Shown one piece after another: positions 18,655 to 29,010 of a stretch of 64,000 bases of DNA. How positions within the stretch are numbered: the stretch's first letter is position 1; the number at the start of each line of letters is the position of its first letter. A model generated the notes under the pieces. The model worked only from the letters and a program-made list of their open reading frames with translations. It did not search any database and had not been told where the DNA came from. A program made the position numbers and the translations under genes. The stretch comes from Nitrospirota bacterium (GTDB lineage Bacteria; Nitrospirota; UBA9217): positions 416,001 to 480,000 of the forward strand of contig CAVUCU010000005.1 of the NCBI GenBank assembly GCA_963740085.1, given 5' to 3'.

Positions 18655-19440
18655 TTACTTCTTCATCAACTGGTCGAGCGCGGTCTTGATGACCTTCGCT
18701 TCATCCACGGCGCGAGGTGAGGCATCGTATGGCGATCTGCCGTCAAGGTCCGCCTTGACCGTGTCGTCGGCGTAGCTCATGAACCCGAGTACCTTCATGC
18801 CGGAGAGGTGCTTCGCGATGAATTCCTTGTCCGACTCCTGTTTGATCTTGTTGCCGACGATGAAGACATCTTTGATGCCGAGTCCCATTGCCAGGCTCTC
18901 CACGTGCCGCGCGGTCTGAAGGCTCCGCTGACCGGGTTCCACGACAACAATGAAGGCATTTACGCCGCTTGCCGTGCCGCGGGTCAGGTGCTCGATGCCC
19001 GCCTCCATATCAAGGATGACCACCTCGTCCCGGCGCAGGATGAGGTGACTGATAAGACGGCGCAGCAGTACGTGTTCCGGACAATAACAGCCTGCCGCAG
19101 CTTCTTTCGATTTTCCCATGACCAGAAGCCGTACGCCCTCATGCTGGATCCCGTACGCCTCCGGGATATCGTCCACCCTGGGATTGATGCTGAACATGCC
19201 GCCAGGGGTGCCGGGCCGGGATCCGGTTCGCTCCTCGATCATGTCCGACTGCTCGGCGAGCGGCAGGGCCTTTGATGCGATCTCAGGCGAGATCCCGAGC
19301 GCAGAGGCCAGATTCGCGTCCGGATCAGCGTCTACAGCCAGCACCTTTTTGCCGTCGGCTGCATAGAGCCGCGCCAAAAGACCTGCCAGCGTGGTTTTCC
19401 CTACACCGCCCTTGCCGGTAATAGCTATTTTCAAACGCAT
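18655..19440 (-). CDS. cooC: CO dehydrogenase maturation ATPase CooC
   Basis: KIAITGKGGVGKTT, GCYCPE and LDMEAGIEHLTRGT motifs; ATG 19440 follows GAGGAG. Confidence 0.93.
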   Translation of the reverse strand: MRLKIAITGKGGVGKTTLAGLLARLYAADGKKVLAVDADPDANLASALGISPEIASKALPLAEQSDMIEERTGSRPGTPGGMFSINPRVDDIPEAYGIQHEGVRLLVMGKSKEAAAGCYCPEHVLLRRLISHLILRRDEVVILDMEAGIEHLTRGTASGVNAFIVVVEPGQRSLQTARHVESLAMGLGIKDVFIVGNKIKQESDKEFIAKHLSGMKVLGFMSYADDTVKADLDGRSPYDASPRAVDEAKVIKTALDQLMKK

Positions 19441-19460
19441 CTCCTCTGGGTTAGAGAGAC

Positions 19461-19490
19461 AAAATAACATCTATGATGCTGAAGTGTCAA
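19461..19490 (-). promoter_or_regulatory. Putative sigma70 promoter of the cooC-led operon
   Basis: TTGACA-N18-TATTTT with an upstream TG. Confidence 0.45.
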
Positions 19491-19730
19491 GGCTTTTTTG
19501 ATGCGCCCGACAGGCCTTTTTCAGCTGCAGCGTGATTAAATACCTTTTAAAAATAGGGAGAATACGCTTGTCCTTGTTGACGAGGGAACACCGGGTATCG
19601 AGTAAGAAGCAGGGGATAAGAAGGCATCTCGCTCGGCGGCCTCACCGGGCCATGGGTCAATTTGAGCTCTCCCAAGCTTGCTTTTAAAAAACAAAGATGT
19701 TACATTCCCTGCAGTTGAGGACGCTCTTGC

Positions 19731-20813
19731 ATGAACATTCCAAAGATCAACATTAAATCCATGGGCCGGGACGAGCTCCAGGCCGACCTCGTCAACAGGG
19801 GGCTTAAAAAATTTCGCGCCGGCCAGATCCTTACCTGGGTATACACGCATTGCGTCCGCTCCTTTGAGGAGATGACAAATATTCCGAAAATGGAGCGCGC
19901 CCTCCTTTCGTCAATCTTCTTTATCTCGACGCCAAACATCGTCAGGACAGAGATCTCCAAGGATGGAACGAGAAAATTTCTTTTTGCGCTTGAGGATACG
20001 CACACCGTCGAGAGCGTCCTGATCCCTGACGAAGACCGGCAGACGCTCTGCATCTCTTCGCAGGTAGGATGTCAACAGGCGTGTCGTTTCTGTCTTACCG
20101 GGAGCAGGGGCTTTACAAGAGATCTCAGGGCCTTCGAGATCGTTGATCAGGTGCTGGAAATATCGTGCATCCTGCGCCGGGAGGAAAAACGCGGTATTAC
20201 GAACATCGTGCTCATGGGCATGGGCGAGCCGCTGTCGAACTTCGATGAAGTGTTGAAAGCGCTGCAGGTGATCGCCTCGGACAAGGGATTGGGATTTGCC
20301 ACGCGACGCGTGACCGTATCAACGAACGGCCTCGTGCCGGAGATCGAAAAACTGGGAAGGTCGGGAGTGAAGGTAAATCTCGCGATCTCGCTCAATGCCA
20401 CGACCGACGAGGTGCGGGACAGGATCATGCCCGTGAACCGGCGCTACCCTATCAAGGACCTCCTTGCAGCCTGCCGGCGCTATCCGCTTGAACCGCGGCG
20501 AAGGATCACTTTTGAATATGTGATGTTACAGGGGGTGAATGACTCGGCGGAAGACGCCCGACGGCTTGCCAGACTGCTCAGAGGGATCAAGTGCAAGGTG
20601 AACCTTATTCCCTTTAATCCTTTTCCCGGGAGCGTGTTTAACAGGCCTGGCGACACGACCGTGCTTAGCTTTCAAAAGGTCCTTCTGGACAACCGCTATA
20701 TAACACCGGTGCGCGAGTCGCGCGGCAGGGACATCTCGGCGGCATGCGGACAGTTACGGGAAAGAGTGGATCTCACGAAGGAAATGATGGACGATGAACG
20801 ATCGCTTCGCTAG
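19731..20813 (+). CDS. rlmN: 23S rRNA m2A2503/tRNA m2A37 radical SAM methyltransferase
   Basis: CISSQVGCQQACRFC, MGMGEP, KVNLIPFN and DISAACGQL motifs. Confidence 0.97.
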   Translation: MNIPKINIKSMGRDELQADLVNRGLKKFRAGQILTWVYTHCVRSFEEMTNIPKMERALLSSIFFISTPNIVRTEISKDGTRKFLFALEDTHTVESVLIPDEDRQTLCISSQVGCQQACRFCLTGSRGFTRDLRAFEIVDQVLEISCILRREEKRGITNIVLMGMGEPLSNFDEVLKALQVIASDKGLGFATRRVTVSTNGLVPEIEKLGRSGVKVNLAISLNATTDEVRDRIMPVNRRYPIKDLLAACRRYPLEPRRRITFEYVMLQGVNDSAEDARRLARLLRGIKCKVNLIPFNPFPGSVFNRPGDTTVLSFQKVLLDNRYITPVRESRGRDISAACGQLRERVDLTKEMMDDERSLR

Positions 20814-20885
20814 GACGAGAGAGGATATTGACTTATTCGTCCCTCGTCCGACGTCTTTCGTCCCTCACACTTCATGGTGCCTCCG

Positions 20886-21266
20886 TCAGCTTTTGCCCCC
20901 CAGGATCCCGTTGACAACGCTCAGGAGTTCCGCCGTCTGGATAGGCTTGGGGATGTAAGCATTGGCGCCCAGGGCGAGTCCGCGTTTGCGGTCCTCATCC
21001 GCGCCTTCTGTGGTAATAATGATGATGGGAATGACCTTGTGCGACGGATCGTTCCGCACCATGGAGACAAGCTTGAGTCCGTCCATGATCGGCATGTTGA
21101 TGTCAGTCAGGATAATATCGAACTTATGGGTCGAAAGCTTCTTGAGCGCGTCAATGCCGTCGTTGGCTTCGACGATCTTGCTGCCCGGGATGCGCTTCAG
21201 GGCAAAGGAGATCAATTGCCGCATTGTCGGAGAATCTTCCACCACCAAAAAATTATACTCGGGCAT
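20886..21266 (-). CDS. cheY: CheY-like single-domain response regulator
   Basis: LVVEDS, TDINMPIMDG and YIPKP motifs. Confidence 0.9.
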   Translation of the reverse strand: MPEYNFLVVEDSPTMRQLISFALKRIPGSKIVEANDGIDALKKLSTHKFDIILTDINMPIMDGLKLVSMVRNDPSHKVIPIIIITTEGADEDRKRGLALGANAYIPKPIQTAELLSVVNGILGGKS

Positions 21267-21280
21267 TTTCTAACCTCCGT

Positions 21281-22108
21281 TTATTTTTCCTTAAGCAGAT
21301 CGAGAAAGCTCTGGATCGTCGTGAGCTTGCGTTCTGACTGCGAATAGAGCTTTGATGAAAAGAGCGCTGTGGCCGCGTGGCCCGCAAGCATGGTGAACAG
21401 CTCGTAGTCAACCGGCGTGAACGCTTCCTTCTGGACCAGGAGTTTGTAGATGACGATCACGCCGATCACATGCTCCTTGATCTTGAGCGGGATAACGACC
21501 AGGGGGTTGAGATAGTCGACGCTCTTCAGGTCCTTGGGATCTCCTTCGCGGTAGAACGATTCGCCCGCTTTCGCCGCCCCGCCGATGGTCCCGTCGCCCA
21601 GCTTGACGCTTGCCCGTGCTTCCGGCCCCATGCCTTCCTGTGCCACGATCGTCATTTCGTTCGTCTTTTCGTCGAGCATCATGATCGAGAACTCCTCTGC
21701 GCCGATCAGGTTCATGACGATCTCGAGGATGATCTTGAGGCATTCGCTGAAATCAAGGGTGGAATGAAGCTGATAGCTTGCCACGTACAGGTTTGCCAGG
21801 TTGTTGTTCTCCGCCTCCACCTCGATGTAGCGGTTCGCGAAGTCCTTGTTCTCCTCTTCCACCACGCGGTAGCGGTCGATCAGTTGTTTATTTTCTTCCT
21901 CAAGGAACTTGATCCTCTCTTCCATGCTATGCGTCAGGAAACTGCCTTCCCTGCCCGAGAATTTGGTCACTTCTTCAAACTGGGCGACCCGGTATCTGAG
22001 CTTCTCGTTCTCCTTCAAGAGCGCCTGGGTAAACTCCTCGCCCTTTTTGAATACCTGGAGAAACTCTTCAACCTTTTTCGTGATCGATGCAGAGTCCTTT
22101 TCCATCAT
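21281..22108 (-). CDS. Coiled-coil + GAF domain protein of the chemosensory cluster
   Basis: N-terminal heptad coiled coil; GAF signature LVVIPLKIKEHVIGVI...FTPVDYELFTMLAGHAATAL. Confidence 0.85.
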   Translation of the reverse strand: MMEKDSASITKKVEEFLQVFKKGEEFTQALLKENEKLRYRVAQFEEVTKFSGREGSFLTHSMEERIKFLEEENKQLIDRYRVVEEENKDFANRYIEVEAENNNLANLYVASYQLHSTLDFSECLKIILEIVMNLIGAEEFSIMMLDEKTNEMTIVAQEGMGPEARASVKLGDGTIGGAAKAGESFYREGDPKDLKSVDYLNPLVVIPLKIKEHVIGVIVIYKLLVQKEAFTPVDYELFTMLAGHAATALFSSKLYSQSERKLTTIQSFLDLLKEK

Positions 22109-22170
22109 GCCCTCCTGTTATGGCCGCTCAGGAACCGAAGCTGCTGAAGCAAACAACGCGCAGCACCGTA

Positions 22171-22199
22171 ATTATAGTTGAGTCTTGAAAAATTATCAA
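22171..22199 (-). promoter_or_regulatory. Internal sigma70 promoter for the GAF gene and cheY
   Basis: TTGATA-N17-TATAAT. Confidence 0.65.
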
Positions 22200-22236
22200 G
22201 AAGGAATTGCAGCAAGAATTATCGCGACACGCATCA

Positions 22237-23316
22237 CTATGACGCCGCCCGTTTAGGGTTGCACCTCGCCTCAATCTCCGTTGCCATCTTGCCCAGCGTC
22301 AGCACCTTGTCCACGAGTCCCGTGCGGATGGCCTCCTGCGGCATGCCGAAGACAACGGCGCTCTCTTCGCTCTCAGCGAGGCACTGGCCCTGCTTGCCCT
22401 TGATGGCGATCACTCCTTCGACGCCGTCGTTACCCATCCCGGTAAGAACGACGCCGAGGGCGGCCGGGCCGCAGGCCTCGGCAACGGACACCATCATGCG
22501 GTCGGCGGAGGGAATGTACTTGTCCGACGGGTTCCGCGGAGCAAGCTCGATCACCAGCCCGCTGCGGGTCTTCTTGACGATGAGGTGATGCCCGCCGGGG
22601 GCAATGTGCACCGTCCCCGCCTTCACCCGGTCTCCGGCAGCGGCCTCGCTCACGATAAGCGGCGAGAGCTTGTTCAGCCGCTGGGCGAAGCTCCGGGTGA
22701 ATCCGGCCGGCATGTGCTGGGAGATCACGATGCCGGCGTTGAATTCGGCGGGAAGTGTGGTCAGGATAGCCTGGATCGCCGGCGGCCCGCCGGTGGACGA
22801 AGCGATCGCCACCACGTCGACCGGCCCGTGCTCCCGCGGCATCTCATCCTCTTTCCTCGCCGGGAGCGGAACGTGCTCACGGGCGAGAAGGTCGATCGTG
22901 GACTTCACCTTGGTCATCTCAAGGTTCAATACCGAATGGACCTTGGACACAAGGCTGTCCCTGACGCTTTCGATGCTCTTCGAGATGCGGGCCTCGGGCT
23001 TGGGCAGAAAATCGATGGCACCCAGTTCCAGTGCGCGAAAAACGCTGTGGCTGTCGGAAAGTGACGAGATGACGAGCACGGGCGTCGGTCGCTCTTTCAT
23101 GAGCCACCGCAGGAAGGAAAATCCGTCCATGTTCGGCATCTCAAGGTCAAGGGTTATCACATCGGGCTTGAAGCGCAGTGTCTTGGCGATGGCGTCCACG
23201 CCGTCCGTGGCGCTCCCCGCCACCTCGATCCCCGGGTCGCTCGCGAGCATCTCCCCGATCACCGTGCGATTATACGCCGAATCGTCGACAACAAGGGCCC
23301 TGATCTTCTTGGTCAT
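22237..23316 (-). CDS. cheB: Chemotaxis methylesterase (REC + CheB domain)
   Basis: LDLEMPNMDG, ASSTGGP, QHMPAGFT and LTGMGNDG motifs. Confidence 0.96.
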   Translation of the reverse strand: MTKKIRALVVDDSAYNRTVIGEMLASDPGIEVAGSATDGVDAIAKTLRFKPDVITLDLEMPNMDGFSFLRWLMKERPTPVLVISSLSDSHSVFRALELGAIDFLPKPEARISKSIESVRDSLVSKVHSVLNLEMTKVKSTIDLLAREHVPLPARKEDEMPREHGPVDVVAIASSTGGPPAIQAILTTLPAEFNAGIVISQHMPAGFTRSFAQRLNKLSPLIVSEAAAGDRVKAGTVHIAPGGHHLIVKKTRSGLVIELAPRNPSDKYIPSADRMMVSVAEACGPAALGVVLTGMGNDGVEGVIAIKGKQGQCLAESEESAVVFGMPQEAIRTGLVDKVLTLGKMATEIEARCNPKRAAS

Positions 23317-23347
23317 AGCGATCTTCCTTTTCCGGTCTGCGCGCTCC

Positions 23348-24214
23348 TCACGACCCCGACCTTGTCCGGAGCGGCTTCTGGTAAACCATATCGTTTTTAA
23401 GCGTGCGAAGCACGAACGCGTTCGAGATGTTGATCAGCGATTCAGAGTGTCCGAGAAGCAGGTAGCCGCCTTCGCGGAGCTTGCCCGAGAAGCTCTCGAT
23501 CACTTTTTTCTTGGCTTCTTTGTCGAAATAGATGATCACGTTCCGGCAGAATATGATGTCCATGTTGCTGATCAAGTTGGCCTTGAGCGGATCCAGCAGG
23601 TTCAGGGAGCTGAACGAAACGAGTTCTTTGACCTTATCAACGATCCGGTAATTGCCCTTGTCCTCTTCGATGAAATACTTCGCGAGCATTTCGGGGCTCG
23701 TCACGCGGTGAGCGCTCGTCTTGTACACCCCCTTGCGCGCCGTGTGCAGGACCCGCTGATTGATGTCGCTGCCGAGGATCTCCACCTGCCAGTTGCGCCA
23801 CCAGTCCCCGGATTCGAACAGCAGCATGGCGATGGTGTAGGGTTCCTCTCCCGTGGAGCAGCCGGCGCTCCAGATCCGAAGGGCCTTCCGGTCGGAAAGT
23901 CGTTCGCGCAGTTCAGGGAGGATCTCCTCTGAAAATGCACGGAGTTGCGGACTTTCCCGGAAAAAGTAGGTCTCATTCGTGGTGAGATTGTCCACGAGAA
24001 TGGTGAGCTCTTCCTCCCGCTTCCGGTCATAGCGGAGGAAGTGGTAGTACTCCTCAAAGGTCTTGAGATGATGCTGCTCAAGCCTGCGCGAAAGCCGGCG
24101 TTCAAGAAGGAACTTGGACGCATCGTCAAAAAATATCCCGCAGTAGCCGTGGATAAAATCCCGAAGGAGCCTGAACACATCGTCCGGCAGCGGAATGGTC
24201 TGCTCTTCAAACAT
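23348..24214 (-). CDS. cheR: Chemotaxis methyltransferase
   Basis: TTNETYFFRE, IWSAGCSTGEEPYT, IFCRNVIIYF and LGHSESL motifs. Confidence 0.97.
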   Translation of the reverse strand: MFEEQTIPLPDDVFRLLRDFIHGYCGIFFDDASKFLLERRLSRRLEQHHLKTFEEYYHFLRYDRKREEELTILVDNLTTNETYFFRESPQLRAFSEEILPELRERLSDRKALRIWSAGCSTGEEPYTIAMLLFESGDWWRNWQVEILGSDINQRVLHTARKGVYKTSAHRVTSPEMLAKYFIEEDKGNYRIVDKVKELVSFSSLNLLDPLKANLISNMDIIFCRNVIIYFDKEAKKKVIESFSGKLREGGYLLLGHSESLINISNAFVLRTLKNDMVYQKPLRTRSGS

Positions 24215-26209
24215 TTATCTCCCCAACGCCTCGTTCGCAGCCTGCCGTACCGCCGTATCCGGATCTCCGTCGGCAATCTTCGCGAGAAGCGCTTCGACCG
24301 CCGCATCGCGCCGGTGTTTGAGCACCTCGACCGCTGTCTTCCTTACACTCCAGTGCGGGTCCGACAATCTTGCAAGTACGGCCCACAGCACATCGTTCCC
24401 CTCGTATCCGTCCAGGGCGGCCAGCACTGTTTTACGCACCTCCGGGTCCTTGTGGTCCGCCAGTCTCAGGAGAGGATCGCATGCCGGCGCGTAGCGAAGC
24501 CTGCCCAATACCTCCACGAGCGCAAGAAGAAAAATATCGGTCGCCGTGCCAAGGCAAGCGGTGAGCACCTCGCCGGCCTTTGCGCCGCCGGTCCTGCCCA
24601 GACCCCGCGCAGCGGTTGCCCGGACCCAGAGGTCGGTGTCCGCCAGCAGGGCAATCAGGGCCTCACGCGCCTCAGGCGCGTCCATGGCACCAAGCGCCTC
24701 CGCGGCGGGCATTCGGACCTCGGGATCATCATCGGTGACCGCCAGCAGAAGAGGCCGGAGCGCCTTGCCGGCGGGCGCGTTGGCGAGCGCATTGACCACG
24801 GCCTTCCGGACGGCCGGTTCCTCGTCCTTGAGCGCGAAGGCAAGGGCATCAACAGCCTTTTCCGTAGAAAATTTTCCGAGCAGCAGCACGATATTCCTGC
24901 GCATAAACGCGTCGCGGGAAGAGAAGTCCTTCGTGAGTCCGTCGAGCACGGACTCATCGCCGATCGCGGCCAGGGCATGGATCGCCTCTTCCTGCACGTT
25001 CTCGTAGTCATCGTCGAGGAGGTCAAGAAGCGGCGTCATCGCCTGCCTGCTCCGCAGGCGTCCGAGCGCGGTCGCGGCGGCGCTCCGCACGTGACCGTTC
25101 TCATCCTGCAGGAGCAGTATCAGGCGCCCCTCGGCCTCCGCACAGGCGACCTCCCCCAGCACCTCAGCTATCGTACGCCGGACCAGGGCATTGTCACTGG
25201 CGAGGTAGGGAAGCAGAAAAACTGCCTTGTCCTTGTCAATGTGCGAGAGTGAGTGCGCCACGGGCTCTCGGAGTTCTTCTTCGTTCAAAAGAGAGAGCAG
25301 CTTCCGGATCGAGCTTTCCCGCCCGATCCAGCCGAGGAGGGCAATGGTCGCCATTTGAAGATCGCCGGCACTCGAGACAAGGGTCTCTTCCAGAAGATCC
25401 ACGGCCCGCTCGATCACCCGTGCGCGCACCGACTCGATGACCTTAAGCCGTTCCGTCGCGGTGCTCTTGCGGTAGATCGCAGCCATCGCTACGATCGAAA
25501 CTTCTCGCACGATCCTGAGTTCATCAGCAAGGCTTACAATGAGCGGATCGATGGTGTTCGCATTGCCTATCTTGCCGAGCGATTCGAGGACCGGCTCGCG
25601 AAGACTGCTCCGGTCGAGTGCCGCGAGAAGCGGTCCGAGCGCCCGCTGGTCGCCGATCTCGCCGAGCGCTTCGGCTGCGGCGTAGTCAAGCCAGCCCAGA
25701 TTGGGGCGGTTCAGGCATGTCAACAGGGCATCTACGGCCCGGACGTCGCGGATCTTTCCCAGGGCCTCGGCAGCGGCCACGCGGATATTCTCGTCATCGT
25801 CCTCGAGAAGCCTGGTGATCATCGCGGGCACGGCCCGGGAATCCTTGGTGTCGCCAAGTATATCGATGGCGAACTTCCGGACATCCGGGTCCGGTGTTGT
25901 GAGAAGAGGAAGCAGGTATTCCAGCGCAGGTCCTCCGATCTGAACAAGGGCCTCGATGGCCGAGTTCCTGGCTCCGGCGTTATCCTCGGCCTTCAGCGCC
26001 TCGATCAGACCGGTGATAACATCCTCCCCTTCGATCGCCACCAGCGCCTCGACCGCTGTTTTCCGGACCCGCCAGTCCTTGTCCGCCATGGCGCGCAAGA
26101 GGAAGGGAACGGCCTGACCGCCCGCACGACCGAGATCAACTACGGCCTCCCGTCGTTCTTCCGCGTCAGCGCTCTGGAGCTTATTGCCTAAGGCCTCAAT
26201 ATCCTGCAT
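24215..26209 (-). CDS. HEAT-repeat (PBS lyase-like) protein
   Basis: Many D..x.VR..A..ALG repeats across 664 aa. Confidence 0.92.
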   Translation of the reverse strand: MQDIEALGNKLQSADAEERREAVVDLGRAGGQAVPFLLRAMADKDWRVRKTAVEALVAIEGEDVITGLIEALKAEDNAGARNSAIEALVQIGGPALEYLLPLLTTPDPDVRKFAIDILGDTKDSRAVPAMITRLLEDDDENIRVAAAEALGKIRDVRAVDALLTCLNRPNLGWLDYAAAEALGEIGDQRALGPLLAALDRSSLREPVLESLGKIGNANTIDPLIVSLADELRIVREVSIVAMAAIYRKSTATERLKVIESVRARVIERAVDLLEETLVSSAGDLQMATIALLGWIGRESSIRKLLSLLNEEELREPVAHSLSHIDKDKAVFLLPYLASDNALVRRTIAEVLGEVACAEAEGRLILLLQDENGHVRSAAATALGRLRSRQAMTPLLDLLDDDYENVQEEAIHALAAIGDESVLDGLTKDFSSRDAFMRRNIVLLLGKFSTEKAVDALAFALKDEEPAVRKAVVNALANAPAGKALRPLLLAVTDDDPEVRMPAAEALGAMDAPEAREALIALLADTDLWVRATAARGLGRTGGAKAGEVLTACLGTATDIFLLALVEVLGRLRYAPACDPLLRLADHKDPEVRKTVLAALDGYEGNDVLWAVLARLSDPHWSVRKTAVEVLKHRRDAAVEALLAKIADGDPDTAVRQAANEALGR

Positions 26210-26732
26210 GACCCGCCTCCGCCAACGCTGAGCGCTCCTGCTGGCTCAGGATCTTCGTGATGTCGATGAGGATGATGAGCCGGTCTCCCACCTTGCCCAT
26301 GCCGGTTATAAACCCGGCAGACTGACCCTTCGCGGCCTCCGGCGCCGGCTCAATGTCTTTCCCGGGAACATGGAGCACTTCCTGCACACCGTCCACCACC
26401 AGCCCGAGCAGCGCCCCCGGCGTTTTTCCCGATGCCCCAGGAATGGCTCCCTTCGTGATCAGCATGCGCATTTTCCTCGGATCATCGACTATCTGGGAAA
26501 GGGCAAAACGCTTACGCAGGTCTACGATCGGGATGATAACGCCGCGAAGATTGACTACGCCCTCTATAAACTCCGGCATTCGAGGAAGCGGAGTGATCTT
26601 GAGCGGACGGACCGCCTCGGTGATGAACCTGATTCCCACGCCATACTCCTCACTGCCGACCCTGAACGTGACGAGCTGGACCGTGTCGTCGACCAAGGCT
26701 ATCTTTTTCTCTTTTGACCACATGCTTTTCAC
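26196..26732 (-). CDS. cheW: CheW coupling protein
   Basis: QLVTFRVGSEEYG, GVVNLRGVIIPIVDLR and GLVVDGV motifs; start uncertain (GTG 26732 or ATG 26723). Confidence 0.93.
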   Translation of the reverse strand: MKSMWSKEKKIALVDDTVQLVTFRVGSEEYGVGIRFITEAVRPLKITPLPRMPEFIEGVVNLRGVIIPIVDLRKRFALSQIVDDPRKMRMLITKGAIPGASGKTPGALLGLVVDGVQEVLHVPGKDIEPAPEAAKGQSAGFITGMGKVGDRLIILIDITKILSQQERSALAEAGHAGY

Positions 26733-26867
26733 AACCCTTGCCCCCTGACCATGATGAGCCGGGACCCCTGTGAGAGATAACACCCACAGCCATAGAGGTA
26801 CGTGCTCACAGACCCGTCAACCGATTGCTCAGCCATCCCGAACGACCACCCGTACCCCTCGCTCCCC

Positions 26868-29003
26868 TCACACATGCTCAGTCCTGAACTTCGATATTTC
26901 CTTATTGAGCGATTCCGACTGTTTGGCCATCACATCCATGGCCACGTTCAGGCTCGCCGCCAGGTCTGCGTTCGATCTTGCGATTTCCTTGATGCGCTCG
27001 ATCGACTTTACAATGAGGTCGCTTCCGGCCTGTACTTCGCCGGCGGCCCTGTTCACCATGCCGATCTTCGCGCTCATGTTCTCGACCGCAGCGGAAATAT
27101 CCTTGCTTCCCCTTGCCTGTTCATCCGTTGAGGTCCTGATAAAGCGCGTGAGCTCGCGCATTTTTTCCGATGACCTCGTGATCTGCTCGCTGCCGACCTT
27201 CTGCTCATTCACGGCCTGGCTTATCTGATGCGTCATCTCATTTATCTTGTCGACAGCATCGCTTACCTGCCTGACGCCCCGGACCTGCTCTGTCGCTGCC
27301 TTGTTGATGCTCCTGCTCATGTCCCGAGACTGGTCAGCGCGTTCAACGATCTTCTCAAGAGCGCCGCTGGCATCTCGGGCAAGCCGCACCCCCTCCTCCA
27401 CCAGCGAAACCTCTTCCCGCATAGCCCCGACCGACTCGCGGGACTCCTCCTGCACCGAGGTGATCAGCATTCCGATCTCCTTCGTCGAAGCGGCGGTACG
27501 ATTCGCCAGTTCGCGGATCTCGGCCGCAACCACCGCGAACCCCTTGCCATGCTCGCCTGCCTGTGCCGCGAGGATGGCCGCATTCAGCGCAAGAAGCCCG
27601 GTCTGGTCGGTAATGTCCTCGATGACGGTCAGGATGCTGCCGATGTTCTCCGCGCGCTCTCCAAGGCGGTTCACCACATCCGCGGTTCGGCGCGCCGTGG
27701 ATTCGATCCTGCTCATGCCTTCAATGGTCTTCTCGATGGAACGCATTCCAAGCAGTTTGGCGTCCGAAGCAACGGCTTCGGCCAGCGAGGTGGACTCCTT
27801 CGCATTAGATTCCACCTCTTTCACGGATGCGCTGATCTCGGTCGCCGTGGCCGCCGTATCTTCCGCGGCCGATGAAAGCACTTCAAGGTTCTCCGCGATC
27901 TGGCGGACCGCGGCGGACATCTGAATGATGGCGGTGGACGTGTCTTCAATGGCGGTGGACAGTTGCACGATGGTTTTTGCGACCTCATCGCTCGATGCCG
28001 CCATCTCGATCACCGATGAGGAGGTCGTCTCCGAGTGCGCGTACAGGTCTTTGACATTGTTTGCCATCTCTTTAAGCGAGAAGTGCATTTCATTCACCGA
28101 GGACGCCACCTCTTCCACTGCCTCAGCCTGGCCTTTGCTCCCGCCGGTGATCTCCTGGGAGGTCCCCTTCACCTCTCCCCATATTGCGGCTGTTTTGTGG
28201 GCCGCCTCCCGCACGCTCTCGATCATGCCCTTGAGCCCAATGATCATGCGGTTAAGGCCGCGCCCGAGCATCCCGAGCTCGTCGATCGACCGCACGTGCA
28301 CTCTCTGCGAGAGGTCCCCTGCAGCGATGTTCGAGGCCACATCCATCGCCTCCTTTGTAGGCAGAACGATCATCCTCCGTATCATAAGGTAGACCATCAA
28401 GGCGAGGGCGCTTACGATCAGCGCGCTGGTTCCGAGAAGCAGCCAAACCACATCCCTTGCTTCCTTCCGGACCGCTGCACGTGAAAATCCAATCCTGACC
28501 ATGCCGATGCGAGCGTCGCCGTTCTTGACATCAACCTGCACCTCAACGGGATCGAGCTTCTCTTTCGCCTTCGCCGCGAGCGTTGCCGCGTCTTCGATTT
28601 TTCCCGGCGCGAGGAGTTCCTTCATTTCGGGATGGCCGAGGTTGAAGCTGACGGGGACAGTATTCAGGATCACATTCGACGAGTCCGCCATATAGGCGTA
28701 AAGGATGTCCGGGGCCTTCGCTGTTTCCGCGACAAGACCGTCGAGCGCTGGGATGTCCCGGTGCAGAAGTGCATCGGCGCCGGCCCTGCCGAGAAGCTGA
28801 CCCACTTCACGGCCCCGCGTTTCCAACGCCCGATACTGCTCGTCCATCAGCGTGCGCGCGACAAAAAAAGTACCCGCCACCATGAGCACGATAACAGCGA
28901 CCATCAGCGCGAACATGATCTTAAGCCCAATCTGGGTGTCAATACGGTCCTTAAGCGCCTTTCCCTTCCCTTCCTGAAAGAACCTTCTTATCATGCTTAG
29001 CAT
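26868..29003 (-). CDS. Methyl-accepting chemotaxis protein (2 TM, small periplasmic domain, HAMP, long signalling domain)
   Basis: [34 protein letters not shown] hairpin; start ATG 29003 follows GAGGTG. Confidence 0.95.
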   Translation of the reverse strand: MLSMIRRFFQEGKGKALKDRIDTQIGLKIMFALMVAVIVLMVAGTFFVARTLMDEQYRALETRGREVGQLLGRAGADALLHRDIPALDGLVAETAKAPDILYAYMADSSNVILNTVPVSFNLGHPEMKELLAPGKIEDAATLAAKAKEKLDPVEVQVDVKNGDARIGMVRIGFSRAAVRKEARDVVWLLLGTSALIVSALALMVYLMIRRMIVLPTKEAMDVASNIAAGDLSQRVHVRSIDELGMLGRGLNRMIIGLKGMIESVREAAHKTAAIWGEVKGTSQEITGGSKGQAEAVEEVASSVNEMHFSLKEMANNVKDLYAHSETTSSSVIEMAASSDEVAKTIVQLSTAIEDTSTAIIQMSAAVRQIAENLEVLSSAAEDTAATATEISASVKEVESNAKESTSLAEAVASDAKLLGMRSIEKTIEGMSRIESTARRTADVVNRLGERAENIGSILTVIEDITDQTGLLALNAAILAAQAGEHGKGFAVVAAEIRELANRTAASTKEIGMLITSVQEESRESVGAMREEVSLVEEGVRLARDASGALEKIVERADQSRDMSRSINKAATEQVRGVRQVSDAVDKINEMTHQISQAVNEQKVGSEQITRSSEKMRELTRFIRTSTDEQARGSKDISAAVENMSAKIGMVNRAAGEVQAGSDLIVKSIERIKEIARSNADLAASLNVAMDVMAKQSESLNKEISKFRTEHV

Positions 29004-29010
29004 ATTTTCA

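Noticed and set aside
19536-20053. Minus-strand ORFs overlapping the rlmN start
   Set aside because: They overlap a conserved gene and its promoter and carry no recognisable protein signal.
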